Below are positions 47,373 through 57,017 of a DNA stretch of 64,000 bases, one piece after another. The translations under genes were made by a program, and so were the position numbers. Origin of the DNA: Sedimentitalea sp. (lineage in GTDB: Bacteria; Pseudomonadota; Alphaproteobacteria; Rhodobacterales; Rhodobacteraceae). The notes under the pieces are model-generated. The model did no database searches and was not told the origin of the DNA. It saw only the letters and a list, made by a program, of their open reading frames with translations. The stretch is from NCBI RefSeq assembly GCF_039941015.1, contig NZ_JBDVFI010000041.1. The stretch is one strand, 5' to 3'. Position 1 is the stretch's first letter; every line of letters begins with the position of its first letter.

Positions 47373-48527
47373 TCAAAGGGCGAGCAGCGCATCCCGATCC
47401 AGGCAAAAATCGGAGCCGATCCAAAGCGTTTCCAAACGAGCCAGTTCCGCACCCAGTTCCGGCCCCTGAAAGCGTGGCATCAGATCTTTGGCCCGTATCG
47501 GAAACTGTGCGGCGGCACCCCGGCTGACCTGATCTTCAAACTCTGCGCTCCATGGTTGCTCAAGGAGAGCAGAACGGACCAGCAGCGCATCCCCCGCCTC
47601 ACCTACACCAAGCCGATAGCCGAGTTCCGCAGCACCGGTCGTCGAAACCGCCGCATTGCGCAACCGGTCGAGCGATGCCGCCTCTGCACGGCTGAGACGC
47701 AACGCATCCGCGGCATCCGTTCCACCCAAGACCGCCAACCGGCGCAATGGATTTGGGAGTACACCAGCCACGGATTCAACATGTACCAGCGGCGCCAATG
47801 ATCTGTCATCCGCACCGGGTAGGAAGCGTGCAAACGCACCTGTCGTCCGCATTGCCGCCACCGAAGGCGCCGGGTCGGGTGCTGACAAGAGCTTTCGCAT
47901 CTCCGACCCGATCCGCTCTCGCGACAAGAGGTCTAGGCCGTCCAGATTGGCGGCAATCGCCGCCAGCGCATCGGTGTCAAATCCGGACTCCTGATCGCCA
48001 TACCAGGCATGAAAGCGGAAATACCGAAGCGAACGGAGGTAGTCTTCGCGAATCCGGTCCTCTGCAGTGCCGATAAACCTAACCCGGCGCGCGCGCAGGT
48101 CAGGCAATCCATCCAACGGATCAACCACCGTTCCGTCCGGGCGTGCATAGATCGCGTTCATGGTGAAATCCCGCCGCGATGCATCCTCTGCCACATCGGT
48201 CGAAAATGCCACAATTGCACGGCGGCCATCGGTCGAGACGTCTCTGCGAAAGGTTGTCACTTCGTGCGGCAGGCCATCCTGCAAAAGTGTCACCGTGCCA
48301 TGGTCGATACCCGTCGGCACAGTCCTGATCCCAGCAGCCTTGGCGAGCGCCACAACCTGATCTGGGGTCGCATCGGTGGCAATGTCGATATCGCTGACAT
48401 CGACATCCAACAACGTATTGCGAACGCAACCGCCGACAAAGAGAACCTGCGCACCCTCACCGCCCAAGGCGATACAGACAGCGCGGGTCGCGGGGTTTGT
48501 AATCCAGTCGGCGGTAAGTCTGGTCAT
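47373..48527 (-). CDS. cca: CCA-adding tRNA nucleotidyltransferase
   Basis: ATG at 48527 (MTRLTADWITNPATRAVCIALGGEGAQVLFVGGCVRNTLL...DIDIAT) gives 384 aa. It overlaps the upstream NUDIX stop as ATGA. The ORF-track start at 48632 is an extension. Confidence 0.88.
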   Translation of the reverse strand: MTRLTADWITNPATRAVCIALGGEGAQVLFVGGCVRNTLLDVDVSDIDIATDATPDQVVALAKAAGIRTVPTGIDHGTVTLLQDGLPHEVTTFRRDVSTDGRRAIVAFSTDVAEDASRRDFTMNAIYARPDGTVVDPLDGLPDLRARRVRFIGTAEDRIREDYLRSLRYFRFHAWYGDQESGFDTDALAAIAANLDGLDLLSRERIGSEMRKLLSAPDPAPSVAAMRTTGAFARFLPGADDRSLAPLVHVESVAGVLPNPLRRLAVLGGTDAADALRLSRAEAASLDRLRNAAVSTTGAAELGYRLGVGEAGDALLVRSALLEQPWSAEFEDQVSRGAAAQFPIRAKDLMPRFQGPELGAELARLETLWIGSDFCLDRDALLAL

Positions 48528-49162
48528 TCCTGCATCCGGTCGGCCAAGGCTCGCAGCATGCGCGCGGTGGCACCCCAGATGTAATAAGGACCGTAAGGCA
48601 CCGTAAAGTAATACCTGCGCTGCCGGCGCCAACGACGCGACTCGATCAGATAGTTTTCCGGCCGCATCAAGTGGTCAAGAGGCACGGAAAACACCTCGTC
48701 GACTTCGCCCGGTTCGGGCACGATACGGAAATCCTGCCGCAGCACTGCAATCACCGGCGTCACTCTGAATGACGTTACCGTTTCGTGCTCTGGCATGTGT
48801 CCCAGAACCTCGGCCAGCCCCTCCGGCAATCCGATTTCCTCGCGTGCCTCGCGCAGAGCTGCGGCGGTCACATCCGCATCGCCTTCGTCCTGCTTGCCGC
48901 CAGGAAAGGCGATCTGTCCCGGATGATGCTTGAGAAACGAAGACCGTTTGGTCAGGATTACGCGCGGCTCGTCGCGTGCCAGCGAAATCGCCACCAGCAC
49001 GCCCGCGGGGCGCAGCTTACGTCCCGGCGGCAGTACCGTTCCCGGGTTCAGGTCAAAATCGGAGGAGGCAGCTCCCGACCGATCAAGCGCTGCTTTCAGC
49101 CGAGAAATCGTATCACGTGCCATCTGCATCCTTGGCGTCAAACCCGACCGTCGCCGGATCAA
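48524..49162 (-). CDS. CoA pyrophosphatase (NUDIX hydrolase)
   Basis: CoA-pyrophosphatase motif ILTKRSSFLKHHPGQIAFPGG, then the Nudix box GKQDEGD...ALREAREEIGL. The start may be internal (ATG at 49123 or 49129). Confidence 0.85.
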   Translation of the reverse strand: MIRRRSGLTPRMQMARDTISRLKAALDRSGAASSDFDLNPGTVLPPGRKLRPAGVLVAISLARDEPRVILTKRSSFLKHHPGQIAFPGGKQDEGDADVTAAALREAREEIGLPEGLAEVLGHMPEHETVTSFRVTPVIAVLRQDFRIVPEPGEVDEVFSVPLDHLMRPENYLIESRRWRRQRRYYFTVPYGPYYIWGATARMLRALADRMQE

Positions 49163-50099
49163 GCTCGTAATGCGCGCTGCAGAACTGGCAATCTGCTGTG
49201 ACCAGACCCTCTTCGGTGGTCATCTTTTCGATGTCCTGTGCGGAGTAAATCGACAGACTTTGCCGCACCCGGTCCTCTGAACAGGTGCACCCAAAGCGAA
49301 CCGCCTGCGCGTCAAAGACACGGGGTTGTTCTTCGTGGAATAGCCGAACCAGCAGATCAGTGGGCGGCACCACAGGCCCGATCAACTCTAGGTCCTCAAC
49401 CGTATCGAGGAGGATATTCACCCGGTTCCAGTTTTCACCTTCTGCGCCATCAACGAGGTCTGTTGCGCTCAACACCTCGCCGCTGCCTTGCTCGGTCGCG
49501 ACAAAAGGCGAGGCTTTGGGCATATGCTGAAGCATGATGCCGCCCGCGCGCCAATGTTCGGGATTGCCGGGTTCGGAAGATTTTCCGAAACTCAGAGAGA
49601 AACGCGTCGGCAATTGTTCGGACTGAGCGAAATAGGCTTCGGCACAGGCACTCAGCGACTCTCCGGCCAGAGGCGTAATACCCTGATAGGGTGCCATGCC
49701 CTTGCCCTGATCGATCATGATTGCAAAATAGCCCTCGCCAACCTGCGCAAATGGAGCCTCGTCAGTCAGCCGATCCGCATCATAGCTGGCATAGGCCCGA
49801 ATGCGCGCCGGCTCACTCTCGGTCGTGGGCGCATAGTAATCCGTGGCGATCATGCGAACCGCACCCTTGGATTGAACCTGCAAAGACAGTTTCCAACGCA
49901 GCTTGACCGTCTGGCCGATCAGAGCGGTCAGCAAGGCCATTTCCGCGACCAGCGCCTCGACTTGCGGGGGATAGGCGTGCTGTCCAAGGATGCCGCCCAG
50001 TACGCCATCCAGCCGGGCAACCCGGCCGCGCATATCCGATGCGTCCAGTTGAAAAGGCAGAACCGTGTCGTCCCACGCGAGTTTTGATCCAATAGTCAT
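49113..50099 (-). CDS. hslO: redox-regulated chaperone Hsp33
   Basis: 328 aa. C-terminal zinc centre CTCSEDRV...CQFCSAHY. Confidence 0.9.
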   Translation of the reverse strand: MTIGSKLAWDDTVLPFQLDASDMRGRVARLDGVLGGILGQHAYPPQVEALVAEMALLTALIGQTVKLRWKLSLQVQSKGAVRMIATDYYAPTTESEPARIRAYASYDADRLTDEAPFAQVGEGYFAIMIDQGKGMAPYQGITPLAGESLSACAEAYFAQSEQLPTRFSLSFGKSSEPGNPEHWRAGGIMLQHMPKASPFVATEQGSGEVLSATDLVDGAEGENWNRVNILLDTVEDLELIGPVVPPTDLLVRLFHEEQPRVFDAQAVRFGCTCSEDRVRQSLSIYSAQDIEKMTTEEGLVTADCQFCSAHYELDPATVGFDAKDADGT

Positions 50100-50176
50100 G
50101 GGGTTTCCTTACGCGCCGCAGATTGGCATACCGAGGCTATATAGGGGCCGCAACCGGCGATGTAAGGGCAAAATCA

Positions 50177-50629
50177 ATGATACGACGCTTTGGCGCGCCG
50201 CCGGAGAAGGGCCAAACCTATGTGCGCCGGGTCGGAGCCTATGCGCTTCTGCCCAAGGGCAAGCATCTGCTTTTGACCTGTCAATCCGATCCGGACCCCG
50301 ATCTGCAGCTTCCTGGAGGCGGAGTGGACCCGGGTGAATCTCCGGTCAGAGCGCTGCATCGAGAAGTATACGAGGAAACCGGCTGGCATATCGCGGAACC
50401 ACGCCGTATCGGGGCCTTTCGCCGTTTCGTCTATATGCCCGAGTATGATCTCTGGGCAGAAAAGATCTGTCTGATCTACGTCGCCCGGCCAACGCTGCGG
50501 ATCGGCCCCCCGACCGAACCTTTGCATCAGGAGATCTGGGCGTCGGCCTCTATGGCGGCAAAAGTGTTGGGAAACGCGGGCGACAGACATTTTGCGTCGA
50601 TGCTTGTCACGTCAATCATCAGGCCCTGA
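50177..50629 (+). CDS. NUDIX hydrolase
   Basis: Nudix box LPGGGVDPGESPVRALHREVYEETGW. The start is ATG 50177 or 50123. Its 3' end overlaps the convergent RR-PP2C gene by 11 nt. Confidence 0.85.
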   Translation: MIRRFGAPPEKGQTYVRRVGAYALLPKGKHLLLTCQSDPDPDLQLPGGGVDPGESPVRALHREVYEETGWHIAEPRRIGAFRRFVYMPEYDLWAEKICLIYVARPTLRIGPPTEPLHQEIWASASMAAKVLGNAGDRHFASMLVTSIIRP

Positions 50630-51896
50630 ACTCGAATAAAGTGGCGGAGACATCATCCTCCATTCCAAATTCGGGCGACATTTTTTGGGTCAAGGCCCAG
50701 AAAAGATCATTCAGAAATTCCTTTCCCGCGCGCTTGTCCGGGCATCCTTTGATCAGATTCACCAATCCCTGCTCTTCCAGCATCTCGCCATTGGTCAGCC
50801 TGCTTTCCGTAAAGCCGTCAGAGTAAAGCAGGACCCTGTCGCCCGGCCTCAATTGGATATCAAATTGCGTGCACTTGATTTCCGGCAGCAATCCAATGGG
50901 AACGCCACCCTCGCCCACGAATTCCGAAGCTCCGTCAGCGCGCAGTATCAACGGACACGGATGTCCTGATTGTACCATCTTCAGAACGCCGGATTGCAGG
51001 TCAGCTACGGCGTAGATCATGGTAAAATATTCCTCGATCCCGGAATCCGCGAGCAATCGTTCGTTCAGCATCTTGGCAACTGTTCCAGGATCCCGAAAGG
51101 CGTAGCTTCCATCAGCCTGCCGATCCATGCCCAAATTCTGATCCGGATAGTCACTGCTCAGCAAACCACCCAGTTTGGCGGTCATCATCGCGGATGTAAT
51201 GCCATGACCGGAAACATCGATCGAATAAAATGCGACTTTTTGATCGTTTGGCGAGAACATCCCCACCAGATCGCCACCGATATGGCCACAAGGTTTCAAC
51301 AACAGGCTTACCCGCGAGCGGCCAAAGGTCCGCGAGAGTTCGGGGACGAGGGATTGCTGGATCTTCTTGGCCTGAATCAGATCCTTGTCGATCGTGTCAT
51401 AGGCTACGCGAAGCTGGGCGAGCGTGTCGGATATCATCTTGTTCTTATCCGACAATTCGCGCTGCATCTCGAGAATTCTCTCGCCTGCAGAGATGCGCGC
51501 GCGCAACTCGTCGGCATTAACCGGTTTGGTCAGAAAATCATCCGCCCCAGCGTCCAGACCCTGGGCGACCTCGTTCTTTTCGCTCTTGGAGGTGAGAAGG
51601 ATAAAATAGGCATAATCAGCACCAGACAAGTCTCGAAAGACGCGGCAGAATTCCAGCCCGGACATCCCCGGCATCATCCAGTCGCTCAAGACCAGATCGG
51701 GGCGGAAATTGCGGCATAGTTCTATCGCCATATCACCGCTTTCCGCTTCGATGACATCAAAGCCCCACTTTTTGAGCGATGAGGCGATGATGCGGCGTTG
51801 CAGGCGGCTGTCATCCACCAGAAGAACCTGTCGAATCGACCTGAAATCAGATTGGCCTGCGATCTGAATCCGGCTTGCCGGAATAGCAGTAGACAT
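50619..51896 (-). CDS. response regulator fused to a PP2C/SpoIIE-type phosphatase
   Basis: 425 aa. Receiver LLVDDSRLQ...VLSDWMMPGMSG...LLTSK...FLTKP. A coiled linker. PP2C motifs GGDLVGMF, YSIDVSGHG, LYSDGFTE. Confidence 0.9.
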   Translation of the reverse strand: MSTAIPASRIQIAGQSDFRSIRQVLLVDDSRLQRRIIASSLKKWGFDVIEAESGDMAIELCRNFRPDLVLSDWMMPGMSGLEFCRVFRDLSGADYAYFILLTSKSEKNEVAQGLDAGADDFLTKPVNADELRARISAGERILEMQRELSDKNKMISDTLAQLRVAYDTIDKDLIQAKKIQQSLVPELSRTFGRSRVSLLLKPCGHIGGDLVGMFSPNDQKVAFYSIDVSGHGITSAMMTAKLGGLLSSDYPDQNLGMDRQADGSYAFRDPGTVAKMLNERLLADSGIEEYFTMIYAVADLQSGVLKMVQSGHPCPLILRADGASEFVGEGGVPIGLLPEIKCTQFDIQLRPGDRVLLYSDGFTESRLTNGEMLEEQGLVNLIKGCPDKRAGKEFLNDLFWALTQKMSPEFGMEDDVSATLFEFRA

Positions 51897-51946
51897 GGTG
51901 AATCCGCGTTTTGTTACCTGTTTCGCCTCATCTTGAGCGCTACAGC

Positions 51947-51967
51947 TTAACCGCGAATGAAGGTTAA
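51947..51967. promoter_or_regulatory. palindrome in the divergent RR-PP2C / Hpt spacer
   Basis: TTAACC-gcgaatgaa-GGTTAA, perfect 6-bp arms with a 9-nt spacer. It lies 50 nt upstream of the RR-PP2C ATG and 90 nt upstream of the Hpt ATG. Confidence 0.3.
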
Positions 51968-52057
51968 ATTTGTTCGCAGTATGCCCCTGTTCATTTACCC
52001 GGCATTTGCCCAGTCTGTGCGCATGCTATGGTTTTCGAGTATGATGATGGATGAGAC

Positions 52058-52390
52058 ATGATTGATTGGTCTCGGGTAAACGAACTGTGTGGCGAAGTTG
52101 GCGCTGAAGAATTTGACGAGGTCGTCGAACTCTTTCTGGAAGAAGTCGAAGAGGTCATTGCAAAGTTACGGACGGCACCGGACATATCGCAACTTGAGCA
52201 GGATTTGCATTTCCTCAAAGGCAGCGCACTAAGCTTGGGTTTCGCTACTTTCTCAGACCTTTGTCAGGTCGGGGAACGCGTTTGCGCAGATGGGCAGGCA
52301 GATCAGGTGAACGTCCCCGAAATCATAGCGGAATTCGAGAGATCCAAGGCTGGATTTCTTGCCGAATTGCCAGTGCGGCTGGCCGCTTGA
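52058..52390 (+). CDS. stand-alone Hpt phosphotransfer protein
   Basis: 110 aa, all-helical. Canonical phospho-His motif DLHFLKGSALSLGF. Confidence 0.85.
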   Translation: MIDWSRVNELCGEVGAEEFDEVVELFLEEVEEVIAKLRTAPDISQLEQDLHFLKGSALSLGFATFSDLCQVGERVCADGQADQVNVPEIIAEFERSKAGFLAELPVRLAA

Positions 52391-52466
52391 TCGAAAGTCG
52401 GTATGTGAACTTGCCGCGTACGAAGATAAGATTGGTGATCTTGGATTGGCACGTGGTCGACATTTT

Positions 52467-53693
52467 CTAGACCAGAAACTGCGCCAAGGTGTCGTCATTG
52501 GTGATGTCGCGGTAGGCAAACCCGGCCTCGTCTAAGCGCGCGAACAACCGCACGAAGCTGTCCGAGTGCTTGCTTTCGATACCAATCAGAACCGACCCGA
52601 AATTGCGTGCCGATTTCTTTAGGTACTCAAATCGCGCGATATCGTCGTCTGGTCCAAGAATTTCGAGGAAATCTCGCAATGCACCGGGCCGTTGCGGTAA
52701 TCGCAAGATCAGGTATTTCTTGACCCCTGAGTACCGTAACGCACGTTCTTTGACTTCAGGCAGGCGTTCGAAATCGAAATTGCCGCCCGACGTGACGCAA
52801 ACGACCGTCTTGCCGCGAATCTCGGTTTGCAACTCGCCAAGCGCCTCGACAGACAAAGCTCCGGCCGGTTCAAGAACGATGCCTTCGACATTCAGCATCT
52901 CGATCATCGTGGAGCATATGCGGTCTTCGTGCAGAACGATCACGTCTGACAGGGGAAAGTCCTTCAGTAACGCGAACGTCTTTTCCCCGATCCGCCCAAC
53001 GGCCGCACCGTCAACAAAGGTGTCGACGTGCGGCAAAGTAACCGGATGCCCTGCCGCCAGCGCGGCTTTCAGGCAGGCACCACCGGCCGGCTCGACAAAG
53101 ACGGCGTGGGTGTCTTGACCAAAATAGGTAGACACACCGGATGACATGCCACCGCCACCCACGGGCAAGAGGATCATATCCGGAGCCTTGCCCAACTGAT
53201 CCTCAATTTCAACGGCGACCGATGCCTGCCCTTCGATGACATCCTCGTCGTCAAACGGTGACAGAAAATATCCACCTTCTTGTTTGCACCACTCCTGCGC
53301 CTTAGCCAGAGTTACGTCGAAATAGTCACCGACCAGATGTATCTCGACATGATCACCGCCAAACATGCGGGTCTTTTGAATTTTCTGCTGCGGTGTGGTG
53401 ACCGGCATGAAAATCACGCCTTTGACCCCCATATGCATGCACATGAATGCCACGCCTTGCGCATGGTTTCCGGCGCTGGCGCACACAAACAGCTTCTGTT
53501 CCGGCAATTTGCGCATGGCATTGAAGGCCCCGCGCAGCTTGTAGGATCGGACCGGGCTCAGGTCTTCGCGTTTAAGCCAGATATCCGCGCCGAATCGATC
53601 GGACAGATGAACGTTCCGCTGCAGCGGCGTTTGCGGGAACACCTCGCGCATGGCTACCTCGGCAAGCCGGGCCTTATCCTGAAAATCGCTCAT
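52467..53693 (-). CDS. ilvA: threonine ammonia-lyase (threonine dehydratase)
   Basis: 408 aa. PLP-lysine motif SYKLRGA. GGGGM glycine loop. One C-terminal ACT-like regulatory domain. Confidence 0.9.
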   Translation of the reverse strand: MSDFQDKARLAEVAMREVFPQTPLQRNVHLSDRFGADIWLKREDLSPVRSYKLRGAFNAMRKLPEQKLFVCASAGNHAQGVAFMCMHMGVKGVIFMPVTTPQQKIQKTRMFGGDHVEIHLVGDYFDVTLAKAQEWCKQEGGYFLSPFDDEDVIEGQASVAVEIEDQLGKAPDMILLPVGGGGMSSGVSTYFGQDTHAVFVEPAGGACLKAALAAGHPVTLPHVDTFVDGAAVGRIGEKTFALLKDFPLSDVIVLHEDRICSTMIEMLNVEGIVLEPAGALSVEALGELQTEIRGKTVVCVTSGGNFDFERLPEVKERALRYSGVKKYLILRLPQRPGALRDFLEILGPDDDIARFEYLKKSARNFGSVLIGIESKHSDSFVRLFARLDEAGFAYRDITNDDTLAQFLV

Positions 53694-53755
53694 CCGGCAT
53701 CAATGGCCCAGCAAACCGCCCATAACAAGCCCCGGAGCCCGCCGCGCCTGACGGT

Positions 53756-54544
53756 TTAGTCAAAAGACCGTCCCTCGACAAAATGCCCGTACAAGGTGGT
53801 CATCAGGCTCGCGTTGAAGAACAATTGGAGCATCCATACGATCAAAAGCGACGGCCACATAAGAAATGGCGTGAGCATGGAGGTTGTGCCGATAAGAAGA
53901 CTCAGCATGAAATTCACCAAGCCAGCAAACAGAACGACCACGATCAACGTACTCGTCGCACCATTGGTCGCGGCCCAAGCTTCGGACAACTTCAGTGGCT
54001 TTTCAATCGCAGCCGCCGGCAAAACGGGAAGGAACCGATAGAACGCGAGTGACAAGACGAACATAAACAGCAGGTAGAGAAGATTTACTGCGACGGCCCC
54101 GCCTGAGCCGATCCCACCGAGGGATGTGAGCCCGAACATGACTATAAACATAAACAGGCCCAGGATCAGACAAATCATCAGAAACCGACCGACATAGGCA
54201 AGCACAGGGCCAAGCCGAAACGGCGGGAGCCATCGATTGGGGTATTCCTCAAGTAAAACAAATCGATGCCAGGAAATGACGATCCACAAGAAGCCCAACA
54301 TGTAGATGATCACTGCCAGACTCAGGTAAGCAAAACCTTCATCGGCCTTTAACATCTCATACATTGCCTCCGGGTCGATAAGCGAGATCATGCTGAACCC
54401 TCCCATCGACAGGATCGCATACACAACCGCACACACGATCAACAACGGCAGCAGGCCGATCTTTAGCACCTGCTCGGCGTTTCTGATCAACATCCCGACG
54501 GAATGGACAACGATGTTCCAAGCTTTCAAAGTTCTAACTCCCAA
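53756..54544 (-). CDS. polytopic membrane protein of unknown function
   Basis: 262 aa with about 6 hydrophobic helices. Lower GC than its neighbours by eye. I recognise no motif. Confidence 0.6.
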   Translation of the reverse strand: MGVRTLKAWNIVVHSVGMLIRNAEQVLKIGLLPLLIVCAVVYAILSMGGFSMISLIDPEAMYEMLKADEGFAYLSLAVIIYMLGFLWIVISWHRFVLLEEYPNRWLPPFRLGPVLAYVGRFLMICLILGLFMFIVMFGLTSLGGIGSGGAVAVNLLYLLFMFVLSLAFYRFLPVLPAAAIEKPLKLSEAWAATNGATSTLIVVVLFAGLVNFMLSLLIGTTSMLTPFLMWPSLLIVWMLQLFFNASLMTTLYGHFVEGRSFD

Positions 54545-54658
54545 AACAGTCTTCTCCCGGACGTTAAACCCTGCTTTGGCCTATAGAAAGCCCCGGCATC
54601 TTGCCCCTTCGGCCAAAAGACGGTATCGGCGCTGCAATCCACTGATGAGGTTACTTTT

Positions 54659-55876
54659 ATGTCTGCGCCCAAAAAAGTCGTACTGGCCTATTCCGGCGGT
54701 CTGGATACGTCGATCATCCTGAAATGGTTGCAAACCGAATACGGTTGCGAGGTGGTTACCTTTACCGCCGATCTCGGTCAGGGCGAAGAGCTTGAGCCGG
54801 CACGACGCAAAGCCGAGATGATGGGCGCGAGTGACATTTATATCGAAGACCTGCGCGAAGAATTCGTGCGCGACTTTGTGTTTCCGATGTTCCGCGCGAA
54901 TGCCCTCTACGAAGGGCTTTACCTGCTGGGTACCTCGATCGCGCGCCCGCTGATTTCCAAGCGACTGGTCGAGATTGCGGAAGAAACCGGTGCCGACGCG
55001 GTGGCCCACGGCGCAACCGGCAAAGGGAACGACCAGGTCCGGTTCGAACTGGCCGCTTATGCGTTGAACCCGGACATCAAGGTGATCGCGCCCTGGCGCG
55101 AGTGGGATCTGTCCAGCCGGACCAAGCTGATTGATTTTGCTGAAAAGAACCAGATTCCGATCGCCAAGGACAAGCGCGGCGAGGCACCCTTTTCGGTAGA
55201 TGCAAACCTGCTGCACACGTCGTCCGAGGGTAAGGTCCTTGAGGATCCTGCCGAAGAGGCGCCGGATTACGTTTACCAGCGGACCGTCCACCCCGAGGAT
55301 GCGCCGAACGAGCCTGAGTTCATCGAAATCGGCTTTGAAAAAGGCGATGCGGTCAGCATCAATGGTGAGGCGATGTCGCCCGCCACCATCCTGACGCGGC
55401 TGAATGAGCTTGGTGGCAAACACGGCATTGGCCGGTTGGACCTTGTCGAAGGGCGCTTTGTCGGGATGAAATCGCGCGGCATCTATGAAACGCCGGGTGG
55501 CACCGTTTTGCTCGAGGCGCATCGCGGGATCGAACAGATTACGCTGGATCGCGGAGCCGCGCACCTCAAAGATCAGATCATGCCGCAATATGCGGAACTG
55601 ATTTACAACGGCTTCTGGTACAGCCCCGAACGCGAGATGTTGCAGGCACTGATCGACAAGAGCCAAGAGCACGTGACCGGTACCGTCCGCCTAAAACTCT
55701 ACAAGGGTCTCGCGCGCACGGTTGGTCGTTGGTCGGATATGTCACTCTACTCCGAAGAACACGTCACGTTCGAGGACGACGCGGGTGCCTATGATCAGAA
55801 GGACGCCGCCGGGTTCATCAAGCTCAACGCGCTGCGTCTGCGGTTGATTGCAATGCGGAACCGCCGCCTCAAATGA
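54659..55876 (+). CDS. argG: argininosuccinate synthase
   Basis: 405 aa. N-terminal ATP motif [11 protein letters not shown]. ...[15 protein letters not shown].... Confidence 0.95.
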   Translation: MSAPKKVVLAYSGGLDTSIILKWLQTEYGCEVVTFTADLGQGEELEPARRKAEMMGASDIYIEDLREEFVRDFVFPMFRANALYEGLYLLGTSIARPLISKRLVEIAEETGADAVAHGATGKGNDQVRFELAAYALNPDIKVIAPWREWDLSSRTKLIDFAEKNQIPIAKDKRGEAPFSVDANLLHTSSEGKVLEDPAEEAPDYVYQRTVHPEDAPNEPEFIEIGFEKGDAVSINGEAMSPATILTRLNELGGKHGIGRLDLVEGRFVGMKSRGIYETPGGTVLLEAHRGIEQITLDRGAAHLKDQIMPQYAELIYNGFWYSPEREMLQALIDKSQEHVTGTVRLKLYKGLARTVGRWSDMSLYSEEHVTFEDDAGAYDQKDAAGFIKLNALRLRLIAMRNRRLK

Positions 55877-56298
55877 CAGATGAAACCGACGCCGAGCTCT
55901 TTATAGAGGCACAGGATACTGTGTGGGCGTCGGTGATTTCTGAACTAACGGCGGGCAAGAAACAGAGCCACTGGATGTGGTTTGTGTTTCCGCAACTGGC
56001 GTCGCTGGGCCAGTCACACATGGCCCAGCTTTATGGCATCCACAATCTAGCCGAAGCGCGTGCCTATCTGGGCGATCCTGTATTGCGCGGGCGCCTCGTC
56101 GAAGTGAGCCGCCTGTTGCTGAGCCATCGGGACACGTCAGCAGAGGACATACTGGGATCGACTGACGCACAAAAGCTTCGGTCATCGATGACGTTGTTTG
56201 CCGCCGTACCCGGCGCGCCCGACGAATTCTCGACTGTTCTCGACGCCTTTTTCAACGGTGAGCCCTGCCCGTTGACGCAACAGGCGCTGAATATCTAG
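55873..56298 (+). CDS. DUF1810-family protein
   Basis: 141 aa. Motif [17 protein letters not shown] overlap with the argG stop. Confidence 0.8.
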   Translation: MTDETDAELFIEAQDTVWASVISELTAGKKQSHWMWFVFPQLASLGQSHMAQLYGIHNLAEARAYLGDPVLRGRLVEVSRLLLSHRDTSAEDILGSTDAQKLRSSMTLFAAVPGAPDEFSTVLDAFFNGEPCPLTQQALNI

Positions 56299-57017
56299 AG
56301 AGCGACTGTTTTCAACCGGTTATAGTGCTTCATCGCAGCGTCGTGCACGTCCTGCAGATGTTCCGGCACATGTGGCAGCGGCCCTTCGGCGGCAGCAAAT
56401 CCGGTGCTTTTCCAGACAGATCCATACCAATGCGGCGCCCATGGGCCATCTTCGGGGTGTCCACCGCGCGGCCAGGACAGCATTTTGGGCGTGAACGGCA
56501 GGCCGATGGCCTTGCAGAGTCGCCTCAGCATCTTGTCCGGATCCTTGCGGATGTCTGTGCTGTCGATCACCACCGGGCTGCCCTGCCAGCTGTTCACTTC
56601 GTCAAACAGTTCCGCTTGCTGGGCAAAGCCGATGTCATCAAGCGTCGGATCCTCGCGTTTGGCGGCATAGCTGGCAATCACACGCGCGGGATGCCGGATC
56701 AGGAACACATTGACCATGTCCCGCATCCATTTGCGCGACACGCCCGGCACCATGTGTTGGGTCATGTGTTTTTGGTAATAATGGGCGAAATCTCCGGGTA
56801 CCGGGCCGGTGATCGACTCAATCACGTCACTGGGATCGGTCGATTGCGCTTTGAGAATCGCCTCGCTCATTGGGTGGTCCAGCCCCGTTGCGGCAAGATA
56901 GGCGGCGTAGAATGGTTCATCCACCACGGCGCAATCGTCGCGCGCGCCGAACGAATACATCATTGCCGTCGACAGATTTCGTGGCCCCGACCACATTGCA
57001 ATCCGCATCAGGCGCAT
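56295..57017 (-). CDS. sulfotransferase-fold (P-loop) protein of unknown substrate
   Basis: About 237-240 aa. PAPS 5'-phosphosulfate-loop-like WSGPRNLSTAM and 3'-phosphate-motif-like FLIRHPARVIAS. The start is ATG 57017 or 57008, and either overlaps the upstream aminotransferase stop. Confidence 0.65.
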   Translation of the reverse strand: MRLMRIAMWSGPRNLSTAMMYSFGARDDCAVVDEPFYAAYLAATGLDHPMSEAILKAQSTDPSDVIESITGPVPGDFAHYYQKHMTQHMVPGVSRKWMRDMVNVFLIRHPARVIASYAAKREDPTLDDIGFAQQAELFDEVNSWQGSPVVIDSTDIRKDPDKMLRRLCKAIGLPFTPKMLSWPRGGHPEDGPWAPHWYGSVWKSTGFAAAEGPLPHVPEHLQDVHDAAMKHYNRLKTVAL

